64,000 nucleotides of DNA. It comes from Candidatus Bathyarchaeota archaeon. Lineage in GTDB: Archaea; Thermoproteota; Bathyarchaeia; Bathyarchaeales; Bathycorpusculaceae. This document shows, in pieces, positions 38,966-48,308 of the stretch. Where the stretch lies: the NCBI GenBank assembly GCA_963775465.1, contig CAVZIW010000003.1, positions 64,001 to 128,000 on the forward strand, in the 5' to 3' direction. The notes below the pieces were generated by a model, which was not told the origin of the DNA, did not search any database, and was given only the letters and a program-made list of their open reading frames with translations. The translations under genes and the position numbers were made by a program. Within the stretch, counting starts at the first letter, position 1, and the number at the start of each line of letters is the position of its first letter.

Positions 38966-39940
38966 TTAGAATGTGGAAATATATTGTTTTGGAGAGGGCC
39001 ATTTATCAAACAACAGTCTCGATATGTCGGTTTCTATGTTATTTATCCCTTCGATTCTTCCAATCTCGTCTTGGATAAACAGCAATTGCTCCAAATTCTG
39101 AATCATTGCATATATTTCAAAATCATAATCACCGGTTGTTTTCATAATGCTTATGACGTCAGGTATTGCGCTAATTTTCTTGATAATTTGTGACCCTTCT
39201 TTCTCAGAGGCAACTATAAAGAAGATGCATAATGCCTGATAGCCAATTTTTGCAGGGTCGATTTGAATTGTTACTTTTAATGCACCAATATTCTTTAAAT
39301 TTTCAAATTTTCTTCTAGCAGTCGCAGTTGAGATGCCGATTTTTTTTGCGAGCAACTGCATTGATATCTTGCCATCCTCCGCGAGTTTGTCTACCATTTT
39401 TTGGTCTATTTCATCAATGATGCTCTTCGAAAAATTAATTTTAGTTCGATTACTTTTTGGTTCATTGGCTTTTTTTCGATTATCGTCAATTATTGCTAAG
39501 TTTTCGTTCATCTCTCTTACGTCTGTCCAGATGATGGTTTTCATTTCAGAAACAGAAAACATTCTTTTTATGGTATCTTTAATAGTATTCAGTTGTTCGA
39601 GAGTTCTTAGTGTTGTAATCATTCCTATTTTGTCTTTAATTCCTCTAGTGTAAAAGGCATAGACCTCTGGTACTCCTTTCAAGTATTCAAGCAGCTGGTC
39701 TGCTTGTTCTGGTTTAACAGTTACTAAGATGTTTGCAACTGCCTCAAAACCAAAAAGTCTGTAATTAATATGGATTGTTGATCCTTTGATTATACCTGCT
39801 TTTTTCAATTTTTGATAGTTAATTTTTACTGTTTCTTTACGTGAACCTATTTTTTGGGCTATTTCATTCACGTTCTTTCGTCCATCAACTATTAACTCTT
39901 TGAGAATTTTAGCCTGAATAGCAGTAATTCGAATTGATAA
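38966..39940 (-). CDS. tandem-duplicated (HTH-RAM)x2 Lrp/AsnC transcriptional regulator B
   Basis: the frame extends upstream of the track's GTG as ITAIQAKILKELIVDGRK; second unit IDQKMVDKLAEDGK...TTGDYDF; start codon non-canonical or uncertain. Confidence 0.85.
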   Translation of the reverse strand, partial: LSIRITAIQAKILKELIVDGRKNVNEIAQKIGSRKETVKINYQKLKKAGIIKGSTIHINYRLFGFEAVANILVTVKPEQADQLLEYLKGVPEVYAFYTRGIKDKIGMITTLRTLEQLNTIKDTIKRMFSVSEMKTIIWTDVREMNENLAIIDDNRKKANEPKSNRTKINFSKSIIDEIDQKMVDKLAEDGKISMQLLAKKIGISTATARRKFENLKNIGALKVTIQIDPAKIGYQALCIFFIVASEKEGSQIIKKISAIPDVISIMKTTGDYDFEIYAMIQNLEQLLFIQDEIGRIEGINNIETDISRLLFDKWPSPKQYISTF

Positions 39941-40170
39941 GACTAATACCCCTTTTGAATTGATTGACTCTTTGATAACGATTAATGACTGTATAATTCT
40001 TTCTATTTTACCCTTTTTCAGAGACTTTTGCGAATAACAGTATTGCTCAAACAGGCTACTTTTTTGACAAAATGGCGATTTATTTCCGGGATTTATTATC
40101 TTAATAAATGCTTAAATACGGGCTTCACTAATCAATAACTTTTACCGAGAAAAAGGAGAAAAGAGAAAAA

Positions 40171-42927
40171 ATGCACTTTTCTAAAAGTAAAAATGCAGCT
40201 TTAGCTTTGGTTATTCTTCTCGCCATCTCAACTGCAACATCAATAACAATGATGATCCCGGCCGCTAGCGCTCACACTCCACCACTAGACATTACAACAA
40301 ACGCTTACATCGCTTCGCTTCCAAATCCAGTCGGCGTCGGTCAATCCACACTCATCTACATGTGGCTCAACCGAGTCTTCGGACAATGGCCATCAGGTGA
40401 ACCAGGAGGTACCATTCACTACGCTGCTGTAAGCAACGACTATAGGTTCCACAACTACAAACTAACCATAGAAGACCCAGACGGACAAACAACCACACAA
40501 ACCTTCGAAACAATCCAGGACACAACCTCATCACAATCCTATTCATTCACACCTGAAAAAGTGGGAACATACATCTTAACCTTCAACTTCCCAGGACAAG
40601 CAGTAAACGACTACCCACACAGCCCAACCACAACAATGGCTAACGACACTTACTTGCCAAGCGAGGCTTCAGTTGAACTTGTCGTTCAAGAAGAACCAAT
40701 CAAAACTTACCCCGACTCTTACCCATTACCCCAAGAATACTGGACAAGACCAATATATGGTGAAAACCAATTTTGGTTTACTGTATCCTCTAACTGGTTA
40801 GGTACCGGTCAACCTGGATACGGCGGCTTCTCAGCCAGCTTCAACTTGGGTGGTAACGGTGCACCTTTCTATGCAGGCGACACAGTAGGGCCGCTCACTA
40901 GTCACATTATGTGGACTAAAGAGCTTCAAACCGGCGGTGTAGTCGGAGGCAACAACTTTGAAATCGCAGGAAATGCATACTTTGAAGGCTCAGCCTACAA
41001 CCAAAGATACCAAAACCCGATAGTAATTAACGGTAAGATCTACTTTAATGAACCAATATCCTTTACAGGCCACAACTACGGTCCACTGGACTGTGTTGAT
41101 CTAAGAACAGGCCAACTAATCTGGTCTCTGCCGATTCCACAAATTTCATTCGCATTAATTTGGGACCACGAAGACCCCAACCAACACGGTGTTTTCCCAG
41201 CAATTCTAGCTTCATCAAACTTTGGTCGACTTTATGACGCAGAAACTGGACAACCTCTCTTCAACGTTACAGGTGTACCATCAGCATCCCAGTGGTCATC
41301 CGCAATAGGTCCAAACGGTGAACAACTCAGATACGTATTCCAGAACCAGGGCACAAACCAAAATCCAAACTGGGTTTTAGCAAGATGGAACTCGACTAAA
41401 CTCTGGAACTTCGGAACCAACCCATTCACAGGCGGCAGCTTACTTTCTCCATCGATCATAAACGCATCAAATAATTTGCTCACAACCGTTCCGCCTTCAC
41501 CTACAAGTTCACAATATGGCGCAACATTCGTAGTTGATGGAGGAGTTAACAATGCATCCGAACCAGAAAACCGCTTCGACTTTAGCGTACCCATCGCATG
41601 GCGAAATACAATGCCAAATTCACCTACTGTTGTCGGAGTCATCCAAGATGACATCATGATAATCGAAAACGGTTCTCTTCCGTCACAAGGTGCAACCTTC
41701 ATGGGTCAACTAGGATTTGACTCCTACACCTACTCTGCAGTTAGCCTGAAACCAGGTCACGAAGGTCAAATACTCTGGATGAAAAACTATGATGCCCCAC
41801 CAGGTAACATTACGGTTCTATTAAATGGAATTGACCCTGTCAACCGTGTCTTTACTGAAAACTTGCGAGAAACACAACAATTCGTTGGTTACGACATGGA
41901 CACTGGAACAAAACTATGGACAACCGAGCCACAAGCAGACTTTGACTACTACGGCAGCCAAGCTTCAGGTAGTTTAGGTGGAACATTTGCTTACGGAAAA
42001 ATGTATAGCAGCGCATATGCAGGAATTATCTACTGCTATGACACAGCAACCGGAGAAACTTTATGGACATACGGAAATGGCGGTGTTCCAGGCAACGATA
42101 CAAATAGCGGCTTCCAAGTACCAGGTAACTACCCAACATTCGTTAACGCCATCGGCAACGACGTGGTATATGCAGTAACTTCAGAGCATACAGTTGAAAT
42201 GCCCGTTTTCAAAGGTGCAATGACCCGTGCAATCAACGCAACCACAGGTGCAGAAATCTGGACGCTTTCATCATATGTGACTGAATTCACAACAACAAGC
42301 TTTGCAGTCGCAGACGGATATGCAACTTGGTTTAACAGCTACGATAACTCTATTTACTCAGTCGGGAGAGGTGGCAGCGCACTAACAGTACAAGCACCAC
42401 AAGCTTCGATAGAACTCGGTCGCTCATTAGTCATCACTGGGAGCATTAAAGATCTTTCAGCAGGCACAATGCAAGATGAACAGGCAGTACGATTCCCCAA
42501 CGGAGTTCCATTAGCATCTGATGACAGCATGACGGACTGGATGGGCTATGTCTACCAGCAAAAACCATTACCAACAAACTTCAAAGGTATAGAAGTCACA
42601 ATTGATGTCATCGACTCTAACGGCAACTACCGCAACATTGGCAACGCAATGACAGACGCGACAGGCATGTACAACTTGCAGTGGACTCCCGATATCGAAG
42701 GCAAATACACAGTAATCGCAACCTTCCATGGAACTAACGGTTATTGGCCATCATACTCAGAGACCGCATTCGCAGTTGACGCAGCAGCGCCAACAGCAGC
42801 GCCGACAGAAGCACCGCCACAATCAACAGCTGACATGTACTTTGTACCTGCAATCGCTGGTCTATTCGTTTTGATCATTATAGTACTAGTCTTAGTAGTA
42901 CTGTTAATGTTCAGAAAACGGCCATAA
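40171..42927 (+). CDS. secreted PQQ-like beta-propeller repeat protein with C-terminal TM anchor (paralog 2)
   Basis: colinear with paralog 1 plus insertions; same signal peptide, propeller and anchor architecture. Confidence 0.85.
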   Translation: MHFSKSKNAALALVILLAISTATSITMMIPAASAHTPPLDITTNAYIASLPNPVGVGQSTLIYMWLNRVFGQWPSGEPGGTIHYAAVSNDYRFHNYKLTIEDPDGQTTTQTFETIQDTTSSQSYSFTPEKVGTYILTFNFPGQAVNDYPHSPTTTMANDTYLPSEASVELVVQEEPIKTYPDSYPLPQEYWTRPIYGENQFWFTVSSNWLGTGQPGYGGFSASFNLGGNGAPFYAGDTVGPLTSHIMWTKELQTGGVVGGNNFEIAGNAYFEGSAYNQRYQNPIVINGKIYFNEPISFTGHNYGPLDCVDLRTGQLIWSLPIPQISFALIWDHEDPNQHGVFPAILASSNFGRLYDAETGQPLFNVTGVPSASQWSSAIGPNGEQLRYVFQNQGTNQNPNWVLARWNSTKLWNFGTNPFTGGSLLSPSIINASNNLLTTVPPSPTSSQYGATFVVDGGVNNASEPENRFDFSVPIAWRNTMPNSPTVVGVIQDDIMIIENGSLPSQGATFMGQLGFDSYTYSAVSLKPGHEGQILWMKNYDAPPGNITVLLNGIDPVNRVFTENLRETQQFVGYDMDTGTKLWTTEPQADFDYYGSQASGSLGGTFAYGKMYSSAYAGIIYCYDTATGETLWTYGNGGVPGNDTNSGFQVPGNYPTFVNAIGNDVVYAVTSEHTVEMPVFKGAMTRAINATTGAEIWTLSSYVTEFTTTSFAVADGYATWFNSYDNSIYSVGRGGSALTVQAPQASIELGRSLVITGSIKDLSAGTMQDEQAVRFPNGVPLASDDSMTDWMGYVYQQKPLPTNFKGIEVTIDVIDSNGNYRNIGNAMTDATGMYNLQWTPDIEGKYTVIATFHGTNGYWPSYSETAFAVDAAAPTAAPTEAPPQSTADMYFVPAIAGLFVLIIIVLVLVVLLMFRKRP
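42782..42897. repeat. 116-bp perfect direct repeat, copy 2
   Basis: identical to 37577-37692. Confidence 0.93.
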
Positions 42928-42950
42928 AAGCAACCCACAACAAGCAACAT

Positions 42951-42970
42951 CCTTTCCTTTTTTCTTTTTT
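42951..42970 (+). terminator. T-rich archaeal terminator
   Basis: CTTTCCTTTTTCTTTTTT after the stop codon. Confidence 0.5.
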
Positions 42971-43211
42971 AAACAACTTTTCAATAAACTAGCTGAGAAG
43001 ACTCTGATTCAAATAATTATCTGCTGTAGATTTCGTTAAAATCATTTTATTCGTTCTATTTTCAGAGTTTGTATCCCATATTATAACCAGACAATGATTT
43101 TTTGTCTAAACTTGCTTGGTTAAGAGATAGTAATGCAAGAAATAATACAAGATGCTCGATTTAGAGGCGTCTATTTGATTATTTTTAACACTCTCATTTT
43201 TATCAAATCCT

Positions 43212-44171
43212 TCATTTAGAAGAAACTTGAATCGCTTTGTCCAATTTACTCAGAAGAACTATTCTGCTCTCTGATGCTTGATCCAAAACTTTGTAACCTG
43301 TTTTCTTAGATAGCTGTTTTGCGAACTCTTGAACCTGAGAATGCGAAGGCATAGCGTCAAAGCCGAGTCTCAAATTGCTGAAACCGATATGCATGTAAGC
43401 TTTAGCTTCGATATAAGTGGGGTTTGCTTTCTTAACAAGTTTAGCATAGTCTTCCACCATGTCCATATTGAGCTCCTTTACCAAAGTCATCCGAAGTACG
43501 GTTGGACACCTAAAAGTTGGTAGCAACTCAAGGGTTTGATTGAGTTTTGCCCAAGCATTTGGAAATTCAGGTCGACAAACGCGTTTAAATACATGCTCAT
43601 TGGGCGCGCAGAGTGAAACATATAGTTGGGTTGGTTCTTGGCTAAGGCTGGAGAGTTTGTTGGGTAAATTGCCGTTCGAAACCAGAAAAGTTGTTAAACC
43701 CTTACTATGGAAAGTACCGATTAAATCACCTAGCGACTCGTAGAGGGTGGGTTCACCGGTTAAACTTATGGCTACATGTTTAGGTCTTTGGGCTTCTTGA
43801 AATTTGCGCCAATCAGCTTTTTGGTTGCCTTTATAGCCGCTAATTATTTTATCCTGCGCTTTGAAGCATCCTTCAACAATTTGTTCAGGCGTATCGTTAC
43901 TTGGGTTTTTCATCTCATCCCATGTAACTTGCATGTCTCCACTTTGTGCCCTCCAACAAAACAGACACTGCTGCGTACAATAGTAAAGCGAAGGAGTCAT
44001 TTGGATGCATCTATGAGACTGTATCCCGTAAAACTTCTGCTTATAACACACTCTGCCATTAACTAGAGATTCGTATAGCCATTTGCACCTTTTCACAGCA
44101 GAGTGATTGCCTATCAAATGGTATTTTTGCTTTTTCAAGGCACCTAAAAGTGAATGCTCAGGATTTGACAA
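43212..44171 (-). CDS. taw1: 4-demethylwyosine synthase TYW1/Taw1 (radical SAM)
   Basis: CYKQKFYGIQSHRC, CTQQCLFCWR and SLTGEPTLY motifs; TTG start after GGTG. Confidence 0.94.
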   Translation of the reverse strand: MSNPEHSLLGALKKQKYHLIGNHSAVKRCKWLYESLVNGRVCYKQKFYGIQSHRCIQMTPSLYYCTQQCLFCWRAQSGDMQVTWDEMKNPSNDTPEQIVEGCFKAQDKIISGYKGNQKADWRKFQEAQRPKHVAISLTGEPTLYESLGDLIGTFHSKGLTTFLVSNGNLPNKLSSLSQEPTQLYVSLCAPNEHVFKRVCRPEFPNAWAKLNQTLELLPTFRCPTVLRMTLVKELNMDMVEDYAKLVKKANPTYIEAKAYMHIGFSNLRLGFDAMPSHSQVQEFAKQLSKKTGYKVLDQASESRIVLLSKLDKAIQVSSK

Positions 44172-44382
44172 ATTTGACACCGATTTTTGTTTAACACTAA
44201 AATGTATGCTCTCTAAAAAGTAATCTCCCACAAGACAATTTTTCTGCATTAAAAAGCTCTCATCTGTTTCTTGACCAACTTCTATCTTTCATAGATGTTA
44301 AAAGGTAAAGTTTAAAATCCTTCTCTTTGTTAAATCATGAGGCGTAGTAATGGAAGGCTATCTGATTGGGAGTGCTTGAGGT

Positions 44383-46449
44383 TTGAACAAAGGTATTACC
44401 TTTTCTATTTTGGTGCTTATTGCAGCTGCCGCGATCCTCATACCCTTTGAAGTTTCCGCACAGAATACAAACCTTGGTATCACCATTCTTCAATTAACAC
44501 CTACAGGTACAGCTCCCATCGGTTCAAGTGTAAACGTACAAGGTACACTCTACACAGCCAACGGATCCTTCCAACTTATCCTTGGCACAACCGTCGTTAA
44601 GAGTGGTGTTGCTGATGGCTTCTATGTTAATGACAACTTTACCGTTCCAGATTTGCCAAGTGGGACGTATCCGTTAACTCTTAAAGATGTGGCAGTATCC
44701 TCAAGCTCAAATCCTCAAGAGTTTACGATTACAACAGGCTACTCAATAACCGCTGTTCCCGCCTCCGTTCAGGAGGGAAACAGCGTAACATTAACTGTTG
44801 CTGTTAAAGGAGGTCAACAAGGAACATCGTACTCAGCAAACATTGTTGTGAGCCTTCCAAACTCAGCAACAACTTACTCAAGAACCGTTATTCTTGGAAC
44901 ACCTAATGATGAAGGAACTGCAAGCTTGCAAATTAGCTTTCCAGACGCCAGTTTTCAACCTGCAGGGGCACTTACTGATTACGCTGGAAGTTATAGCGTC
45001 TCGTTTAACCAGTCTTTGGCAACAGCAAAATTTGACGTAAACATACTTGATTCAAACGCCTACCACAAAGGTCAAACAGTAAGCATACGCGCCACAGGCT
45101 ACCAATCAGACCAAACTGCAACAATAACAGTAATAAGTTCTACAGGTCAAACCCTTCAATCTGCAGAAGTTACTGCCTCCTCCGCGGGTATAATAATCAG
45201 TTCGTGGGTAGTTTCCTCAGCAGCCTCAATAGGAAATTATACTGTTAGAATAAATCCTTCAGGTACTCAAAAAGCCATAGCTGACCAACAGACCTTCTCC
45301 GTTATAGGCTACTCTGTCAAAGTTATAACATACAATTTGGCAGGAGAAATTGTTCCTTCAATAACTCTTCAGGCTGAGGATGCTCACACTCAAGCTGTTT
45401 ATAGTGCGACAAGCGGACCTGACGGAACTGCAAACCTTAAACTTGAAACAGGAACCAACGTTCTAACCGCATTTTGGAACACCGTAAACGTGGGGCAAAC
45501 AAACATAACAGTCAGTGGCGACCAGACTTTTTCTATGACTTGCCAACTAACTAATCTGAAAATAAATACTAAAAATGCACAAGGTATCGATATGCCCTTT
45601 GTAAACCTAAACATAACATACAACTATCAAACCCCCAGTGGTTCAAAGACTGGAAGCGCAACTGGTCAAACGGGGCCATCAGGAAGCTTCACATTAAACT
45701 CAGTTTTGCCAGGAGCAACCTACACAATTGATGCATCAGTGTATAGTCAAATATTTAATGCTGGTAACAACACTGCAAGTAATCTCCCCAGCGTAGCAAC
45801 CTCACAAGTATCCATAATTTGCCCAGATGAAAGCGTAACCTTTAACGTTTTAGGATACAATCAACAAGGCATACCAAATGCACGTCTTGAATTAGTCGAA
45901 TTATCTAATGGCCTATTCTATAGTGCTACAACTGATAGCAACGGTGCAACTACCATAAAAGCTACCTTTGGAATGTACCGTGCAAGATTATTCAAAGATA
46001 ACTTCCTAATTAACGAAACAAACATTCAGGTTTTCAGTTCAGGCCAAAAACAAATCCGGGCCGATCTTTACGGCATTAACCTTTCCGTGTCAGTAGTAGA
46101 CTTCTTTGGGTCCCCGATTTCAAACGTTCAAGTCACAATCAACGGTCAACAGCAACTATCCGAGTCTACACAAAACAATGGGAAAGCAACATTTAACGAC
46201 ATAGTAGGTGGAAACATGCAAATAATCGCTCAAGCTTCCGGAACTCCAAATGCTTATCAAGCTATAACAGTAAACGTTAACCAACCAAGCACTGTGCAGA
46301 TTAGAATGGACAAGTACGTTGCTTTGGGTTCATTGCTTATACAAGCAAGCTCGTTGATCACCATACTCATTATCTTGCTAGCAATAATCTTGTTTGCGTT
46401 GATTGAAGTCGTTCGACGAAGAAGACTCAAACCAACTTCACCAAGCTAA
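44383..46449 (+). CDS. secreted Ser/Thr-rich multi-beta-sandwich surface protein (carboxypeptidase-regulatory-like repeats) with C-terminal TM
   Basis: signal peptide, repeated T-x-x-x-G-x-A/F motifs, many N-x-S/T sequons, TM helix followed by RRRR. Confidence 0.8.
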   Translation: MNKGITFSILVLIAAAAILIPFEVSAQNTNLGITILQLTPTGTAPIGSSVNVQGTLYTANGSFQLILGTTVVKSGVADGFYVNDNFTVPDLPSGTYPLTLKDVAVSSSSNPQEFTITTGYSITAVPASVQEGNSVTLTVAVKGGQQGTSYSANIVVSLPNSATTYSRTVILGTPNDEGTASLQISFPDASFQPAGALTDYAGSYSVSFNQSLATAKFDVNILDSNAYHKGQTVSIRATGYQSDQTATITVISSTGQTLQSAEVTASSAGIIISSWVVSSAASIGNYTVRINPSGTQKAIADQQTFSVIGYSVKVITYNLAGEIVPSITLQAEDAHTQAVYSATSGPDGTANLKLETGTNVLTAFWNTVNVGQTNITVSGDQTFSMTCQLTNLKINTKNAQGIDMPFVNLNITYNYQTPSGSKTGSATGQTGPSGSFTLNSVLPGATYTIDASVYSQIFNAGNNTASNLPSVATSQVSIICPDESVTFNVLGYNQQGIPNARLELVELSNGLFYSATTDSNGATTIKATFGMYRARLFKDNFLINETNIQVFSSGQKQIRADLYGINLSVSVVDFFGSPISNVQVTINGQQQLSESTQNNGKATFNDIVGGNMQIIAQASGTPNAYQAITVNVNQPSTVQIRMDKYVALGSLLIQASSLITILIILLAIILFALIEVVRRRRLKPTSPS

Positions 46450-46554
46450 TTTACCCTTTTTAAGAAAAAAGTTTATATTGCTTTTCAGGAACATAAAGAA
46501 AACTAAAGATCTATACAAAAACGTTATTTTGATTTGACATTTGAGGTAAATCCA

Positions 46555-46845
46555 ATGGCTCAATCAAAACCTTGTTCTCCAACATGTTCTGCGTTTAAAT
46601 GTAGCAAAAACTCTTTGATGTACCGACGAGACTCTGTTTGGTGTAGAGAAACCGAGGAACCATGCAACATCGCAAAATGTACTTACTCAATGTGTTTTAA
46701 ACGTCGCTTGCTCCCTGGGGGTATATGCGGCGAAACCGTTAAGCGGAAAACCGTTGAGAAAGATCTAGATGACGACCTCTACGATGACTCGGTTATGCTT
46801 AAAGGAAAAGCATTGCGTAAATTCGGAACCAAAGATTTGTACTAA
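46555..46845 (+). CDS. small Cys-rich hypothetical protein
   Basis: 8 Cys in 96 aa; SD GAGGT. Confidence 0.75.
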   Translation: MAQSKPCSPTCSAFKCSKNSLMYRRDSVWCRETEEPCNIAKCTYSMCFKRRLLPGGICGETVKRKTVEKDLDDDLYDDSVMLKGKALRKFGTKDLY

Positions 46846-46871
46846 GATGACAAATAGTAAAAACAAAAGTT

Positions 46872-46896
46872 ACTCGTGCAAAAACACGAGTTTTTC
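46872..46896. terminator. hairpin plus T-tract between convergent genes
   Basis: ACTCGTG-caaaaa-CACGAGT followed by TTTTT. Confidence 0.5.
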
Positions 46897-46902
46897 TCCA
46901 AT

Positions 46903-47064
46903 TTATTTTGATTGAACACGTTTTACAACGGGCGGTTTAACTTTCTTTAGAATTCTATACCCGCAAATGATGCATTTAGTTTCTCCACCGCGGAGCTCCA
47001 GTTCTTCAGAGGGCACTCTCGAGCCGCATCTCATGCATTCGTAAACAATACCGGTTTGTTCCAT
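46903..47064 (-). CDS. rpo12: RNA polymerase subunit Rpo12 (RpoP), below the ORF-track size cut-off
   Basis: manual translation MEQTGIVYECMRCGSRVPSEELELRGGETKCIICGYRILKKVKPPVVKRVQSK. Confidence 0.93.
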   Translation of the reverse strand: MEQTGIVYECMRCGSRVPSEELELRGGETKCIICGYRILKKVKPPVVKRVQSK

Positions 47065-47142
47065 AGGAAATCTCTCTTCCTACAAAGAAAAGCATTTTAC
47101 TTTTAAACGTTTCCAATACCTTGCAACATATGAGGATGCAAC

Positions 47143-48000
47143 TTGAGAAAACGGCTAAAAGAAAAACTAACACAACTCCCCTTAGAGGAACGCGATAGGG
47201 TTTACAGTTCTTTCGACATAATTGGAGACATAGCTATAATAAAACACAACAACGTTCTAAACGCAAAAATCATCGCAAAAAAAATCCTTGCAACACACAA
47301 AAACGTAAAAACTGTTTTCACTCCAGTAACCCGAATTACTGGAGATTTTAGAGTTAGAAAATTAAAACTTCTAGCTGGAGAGAATAAAACAAGTACGACT
47401 CATAGAGAATCCGGATGCATTTTTAGTGTTGATGTTGAAAAATGCTATTATTCTCCTAGGCTTTCATATGAACACTCGAGGATAGCAGAACTTGCTAATC
47501 CCCACGAAGTTGTTGTTAACATGTTTGCTGGTATAGGCTGTTTTAGTATAGCGCTTGCCAAAAAACAAAGCCAAACTAAAGTCTACTCGATTGATATGAA
47601 CCCCGTGGCGTTTGAGTACATGCAGAAAAATATTGGACTAAATGGTGTCTTTGGCAGAGTTTTCCCAATTTTAGGTGACTCACGAGAAATCATTGAAGGG
47701 CAACTACAAGGCGTTGCCGACAGAGTCTTGATGCCTTTGCCTGAAAAAGCCCTTGAATATTTGGCGGTGGCATTGTCTGCTCTTAAAAATTCGGGCGGGT
47801 GGATTCACTACTATGATTTTCAACACGCAATAGGCAGAGAAGATCCAATAGAAAAAACCAAATTAAAGATTACTGAAAAACTTGACAGTTTGCGAATAAG
47901 ATATGAATTTGTTAATTCTCGAGTTATGCGCCCTACTGGTCCAAACTGGTATCAGACTGTCATAGACATTCGTATAATAGAGTTACCGAGCAAGTTTTAA
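47143..48000 (+). CDS. Trm5/Taw2 family tRNA methyltransferase or transferase
   Basis: FDIIGDIAII, YYSPRL and NMFAGIG motifs. Confidence 0.88.
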   Translation: MRKRLKEKLTQLPLEERDRVYSSFDIIGDIAIIKHNNVLNAKIIAKKILATHKNVKTVFTPVTRITGDFRVRKLKLLAGENKTSTTHRESGCIFSVDVEKCYYSPRLSYEHSRIAELANPHEVVVNMFAGIGCFSIALAKKQSQTKVYSIDMNPVAFEYMQKNIGLNGVFGRVFPILGDSREIIEGQLQGVADRVLMPLPEKALEYLAVALSALKNSGGWIHYYDFQHAIGREDPIEKTKLKITEKLDSLRIRYEFVNSRVMRPTGPNWYQTVIDIRIIELPSKF

Positions 48001-48035
48001 TAACTGAACCTAAATTATCCTACTGTGGATTCAAA

Positions 48036-48305
48036 ATGAAACGTAAACTAATGGAAATATTGGCTTGCCCAATCGACAAATACCACCCGCTTGAGCTTCA
48101 CGTTTTTGAAGAAAAAGACGAAATCGTAGAAGGATTAATTGTCTGCCCAAAATGTCAGCGATGGTATCCAATCCGCGATGAAATCCCAGAAATGCTCCCC
48201 GACGAACTTCGAAAAGAAGCAGATGATTTGCCCTTTCTAAAAAAATGGAAGGCGCAGGTTCCTCAAGCAATTGTTTCTGAAGGCAAGCCTTTTAATCTAA
48301 AATAA
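48036..48305 (+). CDS. Trm112 family methyltransferase activator
   Basis: LMEILACPIDK...CPKCQRWYPIRDEIPEML. Confidence 0.92.
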   Translation: MKRKLMEILACPIDKYHPLELHVFEEKDEIVEGLIVCPKCQRWYPIRDEIPEMLPDELRKEADDLPFLKKWKAQVPQAIVSEGKPFNLK

Positions 48306-48308
48306 ATT

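Noticed and set aside
35107-42927. Diversity-generating retroelement or invertible phase-variation locus
   Set aside because: The repeat copies are identical with no adenine-specific mismatches and are direct rather than inverted; no reverse transcriptase or recombinase is present in the window
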